A stretch of DNA of 64,000 bases from Tubulanus polymorphus (taxonomy: Eukaryota > Animalia > Nemertea): positions 21,324,345 through 21,388,344 of the forward strand of contig NC_134028.1 of the NCBI RefSeq assembly GCF_964204645.1. The letters run 5' to 3'. Each line of letters begins with the position of its first letter. Position 1 is the stretch's first letter. The position numbers and the translations under genes are program-made. The notes beneath the pieces are model-generated. The model ran no database searches. It saw only the letters and a program-made list of their open reading frames with translations, and was not told the DNA's origin. Below are positions 1 to 11,964 of the stretch, in pieces.

Positions 1-983
1 ATGTGTATTTGTATCGAGATGCTGTACAGAAATGTATTGGCGGTGGCGGTAAATGGTAGGGGCATTGTCGGGTTTTTTTCAGTTCAGATTTCAACCTAAT
101 CTTCCTTACATTGCGAAACTTGGCGGTATGCGGGTGGCCCTTTATGGGAGGGCGGTATATTTCGCATCTCGTTTCGCATATAGGAAATCCTTCGTCCTTT
201 ATCACTTTTTCGTTGAGAGTTTCCTCGATTTCAAAATTCCTTACTGATACCAGGCACTTCAAGCAGGTTCACGTGTAATTATGACATCATCTTTTATTAC
301 AACGAGAAAAACAATCTTTGAATATAATATTGAGTACATTAATGGATCATCATTTTTCTGTATCTTAAAGTATTGTTCTTCATCTCAGCTGTCCTTCCAT
401 CCTTTCGTCCGTTCAAGACCCCACCGCCAGCTTCCTTGTCGACGCAACGCAATCCTTTTGAATTACAGAGCATCGTCATCCCGCATCACCTAAAAATATA
501 AGAAAAGAATTGAAACGCACAACCGGAACGACCTCACACGATGTTTGGCCATACACTGATCATATCTTAGTCAGGACAGCTTAATAGGGGAACCCAATCT
601 ATATGAAACACTGCTACTTACCGAATTTCACGGTCACTTAAAACACCACTTTCTCGTCGACGAGATCAACCTTGAAAGCGCTGCTGTTACCACTCAGCAC
701 CACCCTGAAATAATACAATTATAAAACCGATAGTTTCTGTATGGGCAATTATCACTGCACCCAATAGTTAAGAGAGTTACCCAGTTTATCCCCTAACGAT
801 TTCAATACAAATGGTAATATAGTTCCTCGCCCTCAGCGTACACCTTAACTAGGCCTATGCGTTCAATCATTTTCTCCTTGATTGATCCTCTAATTATACC
901 GGTCATCCCATCTATAATCAATGTAAACCTCTACTCAAAATTGAATTTGAATTCTCGCGCGAGAAAACCAAACTTTTGAATTC

Positions 984-1445
984 TCAGCCGCTACAGTACC
1001 ACTACCACCACCACCAGTGGCAGCAGTAGCAGTGCCGCAACCACCAGCAGCAACAGTAGCTCCACAAGAGTGGGAAAAATTGCAGGACCTTGATGAGGAA
1101 ACTCTTGCACTCATCGGATTCTGGCAAAGCGGTGCCATAGAGGCGTACGTACGAAAATATGAGTTCCCATCCACTGAAAACAATCAGTCTCTATATTAAA
1201 CCAGTACTTAATCCGACTGCATAAAGCTAGGTAGATAGGGTGGGATAAACCGGTTTAACAGCATTCATATTATATTAGAAAAAGATGTTGATGTTGTCAA
1301 CATGGAACTGTGTATTTTACTAGCCACATTCGAAGTGCTTTCAATGGCGAACAATTTGACGAGCTCTTAGATCAGGCTAAGAATAAAATGATCCTATATT
1401 GGAACAATATAATACCGAGGATACTGGTTGGAGGTTTGATTACTA
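984..1445 (+). pseudogene. Degenerate N-terminal fragment of Polinton pPolB (Pro/Ala-rich linker and pre-GSGW region)
   Basis: EWEKLQDLDEETLALIG...YVRKYEFPSTEN; paralogous to 18770-19110; EDTGWRF near 1420 resembles the GSGW motif; frameshifted. Confidence 0.55.
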
Positions 1446-1844
1446 TGTAGATCCGCACGAGTTAGATCCATAAAACTGGAACTCCGAAACGGATGACAAG
1501 AAATATCGTATATCATCAGGTTAAGAGGGAAGGTAATCATCGTATTCAAGGAACAAATCCTCGATGAAGTCGTTACGAGAATAAAGCTTAGTACGTGTAA
1601 AAGTTTACGAAAGTTTATTAGTGCTTAACGGAGTTAAGCAGTAAATTACATGTACTGTACAACAATGTTATAAGAAGTAGGGAAGGAGGAAGTTATTTGA
1701 AAATTTCTTTTGTAGTGTAATTCAAGAACTATTAATGATTTAGGATTTCGACAAGTACTACAACTAATTATAACATTATAATGAGGGAGCTGGGCGGGTA
1801 TTTGATTGTATAACTTCATGTATTTTAAATATAGGACAGGTGCA

Positions 1845-2232
1845 TTTCAACCTTTATATATATATGCGGGGAGCTATATTCCAACCCCTCAAAAATTACA
1901 ATCCACAAAGTCGATTGGTAATATCCGTAACGATGATGATGATAAATGCTTCCTGTGATGTATTCTTGCATCGTTGCATGACATGCCGACTAATGCACAC
2001 AGGTTTACGAAATATGTTGGAATTCAGGACGAACTAAATATGGTTGGAATGAATTTCCCCGTGAAAATTAACCGAATCAATAGATTTGAGAAGCAGAATA
2101 ACAATATAAGTGTTAATGTATATACATTCGAAGATGGAAAAGTTTGACCAAAGCGTCTTGCTAAGGGGAAAACGAGGGTACATCATGTTCACTACTATTA
2201 TTGAAAACTCAAGACAAGCGCATTATCGTCTT
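1845..2232 (+). pseudogene. pPolB (EndoVII-type lineage) terminal-protein-region fragment
   Basis: Manual translation SYIPTPQKL...NIRNDDDKCFL*CILASLH...NFPVKINRINRFEKQNNNISVNVY matches SYIKLPF...NVQNFDDKCLLWTIISCLH of the intact pPolB at 51132. Confidence 0.75.
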
Positions 2233-2628
2233 ATTGTAAAGGGGTTTGATACAGTCAGTCTGCAAAGTAAAATGGTTATGACTAATTGTAAAGAGGTTTT
2301 GATACAATCAGTCTGCAAGCTGAAATGGCTACGACTGATTGTATAGGGGTTTGATACAATCAGTCTGCAAGGTGAAATGGTTATGACTGATTGTAAAGAG
2401 GTTTTGATACAATCAGTCTGTTAGGTGAAATGGTTATGACTGATTGTAAAGAGGTTTTGATACAATCAGTCTGCAAGCTGAAATGGCTACGACTGATTGT
2501 AAAGGGGTTTGATACAATCAGTCTGCAAGGTGAAATGGTTATGACTGATTGTAAAGGGGTTTTGATACAATCAGTCCGCAATGAGAAATGGTTATGACTG
2601 ACTGTAAAGGGATTAGATACAATCAGTC
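2233..2628. repeat. 52-53 bp hairpin tandem array, about 7.5 units
   Basis: Unit GATACAATCAGTCTGCAAGGTGAAATGGTTATGACTGATTGTAAAGGGGTTT, containing the 11-bp inverted pair TACAATCAGTC / GACTGATTGTA. Confidence 0.95.
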
Positions 2629-2659
2629 AGAGGGTGAGGGTGGTTCAGCTCCCGCTCTG

Positions 2660-3990
2660 CTTTCGGGTAGGCTCTACCAGCGCTTTGAGTGTGACAAAGT
2701 TTTTCAGCACTCATGTTGGCGCTCAAAGCACATGCGTGATAATCACCGGGGTACGAAACTGGTGTGCCCGAAGTGCGATTGGGAGTTTGCTTCGGAAGTC
2801 TATATGAGAAGGGATCATTTCCCGAGGTGTCGAGGGGGTCGTGGAGACGACGAGGAACCTCCCGCCAGAGCAGAGGTTGCCGATGTACCACCACCACTAC
2901 CACAAGCACCGGGGGTTGAAAAAAATATTGTTTTAAAACATTAAACAGTATAAATGGTACGAGGATGAATTGAACGTGAATGGTATCAATTATCCGATGA
3001 CCGAAGAGCAAATAGCGATATTCAAAAGACAGAACAATATATCAGTTAACGTTTTCGTCCAAGAAGATGGTAATATTTTCCCTCGTTGTTTGAGTGATAA
3101 ACCACTTGATAAACATGTTAACCTATTAAAGCTTACATTGGGCGATGATTCCCATTAATGCTTGATTAAAGATTTTAATAGATTTTTATACCATATAAAT
3201 AGCCACAAGGCGCGGTCATACTGGTGTTTTAAGTGATTGAACACTTTTTCAACTCGAGATATTCTAAACACTCATCACCAGTACTGTATTCATGGAATCC
3301 AAAGGACTGTACTCCCCGATGAAAATAAGAATATTTTGAAATTTGGTAATGTCGCTAAACAGTATAAAGTCCCCTCTATCATATACGCTGATTTCGAAAT
3401 GTCTTTTTTATCTCCCATTCAAGGATGTTCCCGGAATCAGACCCACAATCTTGGACTTCACGCTATCAGGTACATGAACCATCAGGTTTTTGTTATAAAG
3501 TGGCCGGACCAGAAACCCCTTATTTGAAACCTTCAGTGTTGTTTAAGGGGGAAAATGTTATGAAGACATTCCTCCAAAACCTCCTCGAAACGGCTGAGGA
3601 CATCTTGAACGAGTACAAAAATCCCCAACCTTTGATCGTGAGCGATGCAGATGAAGCGCATTTTAGGTCTACTAAAACTTGTTATATTTGTGATGTCGAG
3701 ATTATCGGGAAAAAATGTAGGGATCACAATCACATAACCAGTAAATATACAGGCCCCGCTTGTAATGCGTGTAATATGGATATGGCGAAGCTTTCCAACC
3801 AGTTCGACATTTCAGCATTTCCCATTGGTCATCCTTCGTCTTTGAACAACGACAGAAAGGTTTAAGTCGAATTCAAGGATGAAACCAATTCTTTCCCATT
3901 GGTCATTCTTCGTTTTCAAACAAAACAAAAACCAGTATTAGGTAAATTCAAGGATGAATTCTTTCCCCATCAAACTGTTCTGTGGTTTGT
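2660..3990 (+). pseudogene. Rearranged pPolB remnant: zinc fingers, exonuclease I, EndoVII-like insert, then a C-terminal piece
   Basis: CDKVF..HMRDNH..CPKC zinc fingers; IIYADFE; HEPSGFCY; CYIC..RDHNHITSKYTGPACNACN; this joins directly to FDISAFPIGHP..VLGKFKDE, implying a large internal deletion; stops and frameshifts. Confidence 0.8.
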
Positions 3991-3997
3991 GGAGTGT

Positions 3998-4595
3998 GAT
4001 GCAATCAGTCTGCAAGGTGAAATGGTTATGACTGATTGTAAAGGGGTTTGATACAATCAGTCTGCAAGGTGAAATGGTTATGACTGATTGTAAAGGGGTT
4101 TGATACAATCAGTCTGCAAGGTGAAATGGTTATGACTGATTGTAAAGGGGTTTGATACAATCATTCTGCAAGGTGAAATGGCTATGACTGATTGTAATTG
4201 GGTTTGTTACAATCAGTCTGCAAAGAGAAATGGATGACTGATTGTAAAGGGGTTTGATAAAATCAGTCTGCAAGGTGAAATAGATGACTGATAGTAAAGG
4301 GGCTTGATACAATCAGTCCACAAGGGGAAATGGCCATGACTGATTGTAAAGGGGTTTGATACAATCAGTATGCAAGGTTAAATGGTTATGACTGATTCTA
4401 AAGGGGTTTGATACAATCAGTATGTAATAAGGTGGAATGGCTATGACTGATTGTAAAGGGGTTTGATACAATCAGTCTGTAAGGTGAAATGGATGACTCG
4501 TTGTAAAGGAGGTTGATATAATCAGTCTGCAAGGTGAAATGGCTATGACTGATTGTAAAGGGGTTTGATACAATTATTCTGCAAGTTGAAATGGT
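3998..4595. repeat. 52 bp hairpin tandem array, about 11 units
   Basis: Same unit as 2233-2628; period of 52 measured between 4050 and 4102. Confidence 0.95.
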
Positions 4596-4598
4596 AAT

Positions 4599-4830
4599 TT
4601 GGATGAAGGATCTTATGAGTTGGCAAATGAGATGTATTTATTGCAGAAACAAGTCACCGAACGACTATGCCTAGGACCAGTCCCCCTACCCAAGTGGTAT
4701 GGGTGCACAATGTGCGAGTTGGTGTTGGCAATCGTGTGCATAGAAAAAGTAAACCGCTTTGTGTCAAATGCGGAGAGGGGTTTAGCACGACGGCCTATTG
4801 GGATAGGCATCAATCACGTTGTGCGAGACC
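4599..4830 (+). pseudogene. C2H2 zinc-finger fragment (probable pPolB N-terminus)
   Basis: WYGCTMCELV...KPLCVKCGEGFSTTAYWDRHQSRC; near-duplicate of 18417-18682. Confidence 0.55.
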
Positions 4831-6569
4831 CAGCGGCACGAGATACATTTGAAAACTGCAGTAAAAGAAGGTATTGTCAATAAAATACACTAAATATTAA
4901 ACTTGTACTTGGATGTTGATCGGTTTGAGAAAGGAACAACTGGAAAAGGGCGTTGTTACACTGGTGCACCTGCTAAAAATTATGTGTCCCCATAAATCTT
5001 AGAGGATAGTTGCGAGTTTAACGTGACCTGCCTATAAAAACTCCTAGCTCTAAACAATTCCTCACAACTTCCCAATCAACTCAGACAACTACTTCAACCG
5101 ATTTCAACTGAATCATGGATTTTAATACTGAAACGATGAGCTGCCTTATTCTGACAAGTACTGTTTTCCAAAACATTTCTTCAATTTCACCCTCTTATTA
5201 CGTGAACTATGTTATCGTCTTAGTCATCATAATCATTCATACCTTATCAGAATTAAAACTATTACTATTTTTATATCTTGATATAATATATTTATACATA
5301 CTTTTCCTTTAGTATGTTCTGTGATAAGACGAGCATTATACGGCTTGCTGGATGCAAGGAGCCACTTTCCGATAGCGGTTTGGATGAATATGCCGACGTT
5401 AGGTAATTATGACCATTTCTTTCCAAATCTTGTTATAGTTCTTGCCATTATGACGATTACCCCTTTTTATTTTATATTTTTGTCTTATCAGTTTCAGACA
5501 TAATACCCATTTTGGATTATCTCTCGGCTATGGAGAGTTTCATTAATTGTAAGTTACACAACCTTAGTGATTTTTCAAAATTATTTCTTTTGTTCTTCTA
5601 TGCGATCAAATTCCCTTACCCAACTATTTATATTTTCAGTAGCTCAACTCCCAACACAATCGTCGGAGATGACACAACCTGTTGCGCCAGAAAATTCATC
5701 GACTAGATTGTCGTTTGATGACGAATACCTCCCGACACCTCCCCCAGTGACAACACCACCAAGTGGTAATATCGTTACTTCCAATGCAGGCGGTCCATGT
5801 TGGTTACGGTGACCAGGACGTCATCCAACATACCGACCGCGATTGCCCCCCGGCCGGAATCATTACCGTCTACAATTAATAAAACTCTAAGTCGACTGAG
5901 GAGCCTAAATCAGCCTTCCACTTCAGTCGGCTTTCGACCTCTTAGTGACGCACCGAGGGGACATAGGTATCGACCTTATCCCCAAACTCGGCAGAAGCAA
6001 TAGTAACTTCTTTCATTTCTCTTACAAATATATAATAAAAATAATTGTTTCCTGGGAAATACTGAGTCATAACTTTGATACCAGGAAGATAGATGAGTAT
6101 AAATAGGCCAAAATTTTACACTTTAAGAGAGTTCTGACCAAACTCTCTGGGCAGAGATATATTTGTAAACTGCAGTAAAAGAGAAGAAGGTATCGTCAAC
6201 AAAATACACTATATATTAAACTTGTACTCGGATGTTGATCGGTTTGAGAAAGGAACAACGGGAAAAGGGCGTTGTAACAACGAGGAACCTCCCGCCAGAA
6301 CTGTTTAATTTCGGTTTTACCTCACTCGTATACATTTTTGAAAAATCAATTTCAATATTATCTTCCAGAGTTGGTATGTAACACGCGTGTGCGTACATAC
6401 CCCCATCCCGACGATAAGACACGTAACCCATATTTTTTTCCCATATTTTATCTACTGTATTTCCATATGCGTTTAATATATGCAACGTGAGTTCTCGACT
6501 ACTGACATTCGAATGTGGATATTCTGATGCAATCAGTCGTAAATTTCCAACACCAATTTTTTGCACTAT

Positions 6570-6890
6570 CGGCCGTTGATCCATGTTGTAATAGCATTAT
6601 TACTATAGCATCGGCGTGCAATGTGGCATTACTAACAAACTATTTGAAACCAACAACAATAGGGTTAATCCTGTCTGGCAGTTATAAGGCTAATGCAAGA
6701 TTTTCAAAGATGGGTATTAATTGGTTATTAAATGGGTGTCCAAAACGAGCAACATCAGAATCCAACACGCCTTGAACGGCGTCGAGGTATCGATTGATCG
6801 CTTTACAGTAGATGGTTATCAAGCCGAATCCAACACTGTGTACGAATTTCATGGTTGCTTATACAAGGGATGTCCGAAGTGTTTAAAAAA
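6570..6890 (+). pseudogene. pPolB fragment of the VSR-nuclease-insert lineage
   Basis: VDP...ITIASACN...YLKPTTIGLI...IQHALNGVEVSIDRFTVDGY...VYEFHGCLYKGCPKC, the typical motif of this Polinton polymerase group; frameshifted. Confidence 0.8.
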
Positions 6891-7079
6891 ATACGCCTTC
6901 ATATCTCCGAAGTGCAGTCGGGAGTTTGCTTCAGAGATATACTTGAGAAGAGATCATTACCAGAGGTGTTGAGGGGGGGCCAGGAGACGAGGAAGACATA
7001 AGAAATCACGATAACAAGCGTTTTCTTTAGTGTATTCTCGCCCATCTTCACCAGGCAGAGGCGAACCCCCAACGGGTAT

Positions 7080-7620
7080 CACAGTAAAAGCAGTATGAGG
7101 ATGAATTGAACGTGAACGGTATCAATTATCCGATGACCGAAGAGCAAATAGCGATATTCAAAAGACGGAACGATATATCAGTTAACGTTTTCGTCCAAGA
7201 AGATGGTAATATTTTCCCTTGTCGTTTGAGTGATAAACCACTTGATAAACATGTTAACCTATTAAAGCTTACATTGGGCGATGATTCCCATTATTGCTTG
7301 ATTAAAGATTTGAATAGATTTTCATACCATATAAACAGGCATAAGGCTCGGTCATACTGGTGTTTCAAGTGTTTAAACACTTTTTCGCCTCGAGACATTC
7401 TAAACACTCATCACCAGTACTGTATTTATCGAATCCAAAGGACTGTACTCCCCGATGAAAATGAGAATATTTTGAAATTTGGTAATGTCGCATAATAGCA
7501 TAACAGCATAATAGCCTTCAATAGAATCCTCCTATATCATGTATTTGGATGCGAATAATTTATATGGTTGGGCAATGTCACAGGCTCTACCTGTGAGCGG
7601 ATTTAGGCGGTTGGAACCCA
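7080..7620 (+). pseudogene. pPolB (EndoVII-type) fragments, including polymerase motif A
   Basis: 7080-7492 is a near-duplicate of 2945-3355; 7530-7620 reads SSYIMYLDANNLYGWAMSQALPVSGF. Confidence 0.8.
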
Positions 7621-8817
7621 TTTGGATTACTATCAACAATTAGTAACAATTGTGGACAAAATAATAACAACTAAACAATCAACGATTCATGAATTGCCGA
7701 AAATACCAACCCCCAGTTTAAAAACATTATTAGGAATTAAAGACACTAGAAGCAAATTAAGTGGTTATGAACTCCACGAATAGGCCTACTTGAAATCAAA
7801 ATTAACGGATTATAGAGATTTGTCAAACTTTCAAGAAATAGATGCGCATATATTTTCAGAAATTAGTGATTTATTGATATCTGAGTATGAAACATTGTTA
7901 ACTAACCAAACAAATCATCTTTGGAATTTTATAATTTTTCGAATAAAGGGTTTGTTCTTTTTCATTCTACTCAAACTGTAAATATTTCATGGACTACTTG
8001 GGTTAAAGAAAATAAACATATTAGTGTCGGGTATGAAGGGAACAAGGAGGAGCGGAACAAAAGCTCGCGTCCGATGTCGAAACCCTAGGCCGAAAAGGCC
8101 AATGGGTGGACCCGTTCAGACTGGAGTGCGCTAACGCCGCTTTCGCGTCATACTGGGACCAGGTGCAGCATAGAAGTCCAGATGAGCTAAGCCTAGGAAC
8201 GTACGCCACCAGGATCTATGCACTTAAGCGCTGGGAAACCAATGGCCAAAGTCAGATCAAAACTCGAATCCTAGCAGCCACAACTCAACAGTTAACAGAC
8301 CAAGTCCCAGCGCTCAGCAGGAAGTTGGGCCAAGCGTGGGCAGAGCACCATCGCAGTAAAGCAGGTACAAAGCACACTTAGAGACAGGAGCGCAATGCAA
8401 AGTGATTTAGAGGTCGGCAATGGGAAATTGGGTTTGAGCACTCCAAACCAATTACATTAACAGCATTTCGAACGTGATTATTGCTCCTATCGCTGACGCA
8501 ATTAAGTGATTAAAAACTTAGACTTACAACCTATGCGAGTTGCCTAAGATGTTTTCAATGGGGGTATAGGCTTTGTATATTTTATTATTAAAACATTAAA
8601 CGAATTTATTACCTGTACAATCTCTTAGACGAGCTAATATAATTCAAGGTGACCAATTACGTATAATCATCTCTAACCTTCGACTTAAAGTAAAATGACT
8701 GATAGCGATCATTGCAAATGCGCTAAGTCGAATTGAAAAATCTTCGAAGAACAACGGTCTCTATCTTGAGAGCGTGTATAAAATAAGGGTTAGAACCTTA
8801 GACAAATCATTTCCAAG

Positions 8818-9120
8818 ATGACAGCCATCGGAGCTCGTTGGATCGAATTTCCCGACGACGCAGAAGCCGTTGTTGGGCGTTTGCCTCGAGACGGGGCAGC
8901 GACACTGGCTACTTTGTAGCCAGTGTCAATATAGACATTTAGTATGTGGGAACTGCGTCGCTGACATTATCTACACGAACATACTAATGGGCAGACATGA
9001 TGCCAACAGCATCATGTTATGCCCCTACTGCCGTAACCATATCAGCTGGGTGAGGATGTTCACCGAATGGATCAAGGCAGAAGAGAGAAGAGTCCGAAGA
9101 AATCGTCGATGCCGGCAGAC
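8818..9120 (+). pseudogene. RING-like Cys-rich accessory gene, frameshifted copy
   Basis: ATG at 8818 (MTAIGARWIEFPDDAEA), then a frameshift into CLETGQ..CSQC..CGNC..CPYCR; paralogue at 17808. Confidence 0.6.
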
Positions 9121-9129
9121 TCGAAGCAC

Positions 9130-9611
9130 AGGACACACAATCCACCGTCCGAAACTATCTAACCGACGTTTTAGCGGCTATAAGTGAAATGCTGAACGCT
9201 CGTTCGAGTGAGGTATATCTATCGAGCACGCGGATCTCAATGGAAACATTGAATTTCCATTCGTACCGTTGGACGAACTAACGGTAGAATATATACTCGA
9301 TAGAATAATCCGTGTTCTACAATCGAATGAGGATTTGTCTTTGGATGGATTAATTTTCCATTGTACATTCATCCGAATGCCGCTAGGTGGTACGCATCGT
9401 AAACGCGTCGAGGTAAATTTCGATTCGTTTAGACAAAACAAACGCTGTATTGTTACGATCGATAATGACGATGATTTGTGTCTTGCTAGGTCATTAGTGG
9501 TAGCAAAGGCGCGTGCGGATAATGACCCCTGTTATGATGTTATTCGTAAATGCGACCGACCGACGCAGAAGGATGCGGCGATTGCCCTACACAAGAATGC
9601 CGGTGTACCCC
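9130..9611 (+). pseudogene. pPolB 5' part, interrupted by the nested Polinton
   Basis: RVLQSNEDL...IVTIDNDDDLCLARSLVVAKA...ALHKNAGVP; reads through in frame as AGVP-LGKCG once 9612-16559 is removed. Confidence 0.85.
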
Positions 9612-9717
9612 AGTAGTGATGTAGGGTATCTTGAGACAGGTGGTTGAAGTGGTTGAGGTGGTTCGTTGCCATGGTAACGGTATCCAAGATGGCGGCCATT
9701 TCCAATATGGCGGATAT
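9612..9717 (+). repeat. Left terminal inverted repeat
   Basis: Reverse complement of 16448-16553; contains GTTGCCATGGTAAC and AAGATGGCGGC. Confidence 0.95.
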
Positions 9718-10293
9718 TTTTTTTTTGTCTTAACCTATATCAAGTTTAGTATTTTGAAATAGTATTCTTTATTGCCATGAAATTAATTGTCACATTATTT
9801 GCCATGCGATTTTCTGCCAACACCTTGAGAGATAGTTGATTTCGATAGTGTTAGTGATATCTCCAGTTAGCATCTCACACTTTGGGTAATTATCAGGTCA
9901 GACTATGTAATGGTGATTGGGTCTTTGAGGGACATCTCACAATGCCACGGTGGATAGTAAACCAATTCTTTTATTTTATAACAATTTATAAACAATATTT
10001 TATAACAATTTATAAGCAATGCTGTCTGTCTATGATTAACGCGATGATGCCAATTTATGGGGTAATTGGCTATCCTTACTGATGACAAAATTAACTAAAA
10101 CAACCTTATGTTTTCTTAATAATTATGACTTTGTAAATTCTTTAAACCATCGACTAATTTTCTGTTTGGTTAGCCATGTAAATTATGTTAGGTAGTTGAA
10201 TAGTATTTAAGACTAGAATATCATCCGAAAAGGAACATTCTCAATTTGATTCCAAAGTGATCATACTGAATTCTACATCAAAAAAAAATCTAA

Positions 10294-10986
10294 ATGGCTT
10301 TCTACGACCAGGCTTTTTACATCGATGTTGCTGACCCTACAGATGTAAATCTGATGGTCAACTCGGATGGTTTGACCATATGTCAAGTGTGTTTTCGGGA
10401 AGTTTCGCGGCCATCGGAGCTAGTTTCGCGGTGTTGTTCTAGAGTGGTGTGCGAAGATTGTTTCCATAACGCGGTGGTATGCCAAATTGATGTTAGCAAC
10501 TTCATTTTGTGTCCGGTAATGCGCGTTTTATTCCGCGATAGCGATTTTCATATTGACGAAATTCAAAAAAGAGGATGCGAAGGAAAAATAGAAAACACCT
10601 TCAACGAATACGGTGTATGCGGGTATTGCAAGAAAGAATATGTGTATAGCAAACTTCCGTGCTGTGACACATTAGGGGACACATTATTGTGTAAGGATTG
10701 TTTATCAAAAATTGCTGCTGACAACACAGAAAACAGGTATAACCTGTTATGTTCGTTTTGCGGGATCGAATCCGACCTTCTGTGCCCGATATGTATGGAT
10801 ATTTGTTATGATAAACCAGTAACGTGTTGTAAAAAACATATACACAGATCGTGTATAAAGAAGTATAAGAACTACACGGATAAATATAAATGTGTGAATT
10901 GTCGATCGATACACGATGATTTAGATCGGATGCAGCCAGGAAGGGTTTTCTACATGAGCCAAATGAACATTACTGTGATCGAGTAA
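10294..10986 (+). CDS. Protein with three RING-like Cys clusters, putative E3 ligase cargo
   Basis: Open 230-aa ORF with CQVC..CC..CEDC..CP, CGYC..CC..CKDC..CSFC and CPIC..CCKKHIHRSC..CVNCR. Confidence 0.7.
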   Translation: MAFYDQAFYIDVADPTDVNLMVNSDGLTICQVCFREVSRPSELVSRCCSRVVCEDCFHNAVVCQIDVSNFILCPVMRVLFRDSDFHIDEIQKRGCEGKIENTFNEYGVCGYCKKEYVYSKLPCCDTLGDTLLCKDCLSKIAADNTENRYNLLCSFCGIESDLLCPICMDICYDKPVTCCKKHIHRSCIKKYKNYTDKYKCVNCRSIHDDLDRMQPGRVFYMSQMNITVIE

Positions 10987-11495
10987 AATGCATTTGAACT
11001 GATGTTTATTAGTTTCGGTAGAAATCATTTTTTGTTTGTATTTTAAATCGATGTGAGAGTAAACATGAAAGTTGCAATAATAAAGGAAATTGAATGTCCA
11101 AATCAACACCATTTTTACAATACCTAAATTTTCACTTCATTTTGATATAATCTCAGTTCCACGACTCATTATACGTCACCTACTACCCCAAATTACATCG
11201 GATGTTCAAATCAACACCATTTTTAGAACACCGTTTCACTCCATTTTGATGTAATCTCGGATCCTTTAACCATTGACTACATCAAATAAGATTTGACGCG
11301 CCAATTTTACTATCCAAGATAAGATCTCCATCCATGGATTAAATAGACGTCAACCTAGACTCATTCGTTCATTTCTGTATTGGAATACGGAAATTAAAGT
11401 AGCTGCTCGAAGAAATCAATATAAAGTGGAAAAGGTGTAATGACAAAAAAGGTAGGCTAATTTTCATTTTTTCTTATATCGTACATTTATTATTT

Positions 11496-11963
11496 TCACA
11501 TCAATTCAAAATAATTTATGATAAAGTTTTTCACAATTATATCATTTTCGGATTTATCCAATGTAAAGCAATTTTGTATTTCGCGTATTTTCATGTTGTG
11601 ACATAATAATATTAACACAAATATAGCATAATAGCCACAGACAACGCTACCCATTTCTTGAAATTGAAATTTATTACAGCTCCATTCTATACAATTTTTA
11701 TTCATGTAATCATCTAAGATCTTGTTATAAAAAATAGGTTTTTGGCCAAAACTATCAAAAAAGTAACCATTTTTTTCAGCGTCGATATAAACTGAAATCC
11801 AATGAGAGCCAGGAAGCGTCGATATGTCTGTATTGCAAATGAAGCAATAAGGTTTTGATGTGTCAAAAGCGGGAATCGTATCACATGCATAAACACCTTT
11901 AAAAATCTCATTCAAACATTCATCATTTTTCATTAGATTAGCTATTTGATTAGTATACAACAT
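11496..11963 (-). CDS. Adenain-like cysteine protease (Polinton PRO)
   Basis: NTD..PGSHW, FFDSFG and Q..GSVVCGYY catalytic motifs; likely start is MLYTNQ just after the capsid stop. Confidence 0.9.
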   Translation of the reverse strand: MLYTNQIANLMKNDECLNEIFKGVYACDTIPAFDTSKPYCFICNTDISTLPGSHWISVYIDAEKNGYFFDSFGQKPIFYNKILDDYMNKNCIEWSCNKFQFQEMGSVVCGYYAIFVLILLCHNMKIREIQNCFTLDKSENDIIVKNFIINYFELM

Positions 11964-11964
11964 C

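Noticed and set aside
380-900. Possible small spliced exons on the minus strand (AG and GTAAGT signals near 705 and 620)
   Set aside because: Splice-like signals are present but I could not assemble a recognisable open product.
2233-4595. 52-bp palindromic arrays as a CRISPR array
   Set aside because: Units are head-to-tail with no unique spacers, there are no cas genes, and the context is eukaryotic.
10288-10296. TAAATG at the start of the triple-RING gene as evidence of helper-virus promoters in the nested element
   Set aside because: It is a single instance; the other genes of that element lack the motif.
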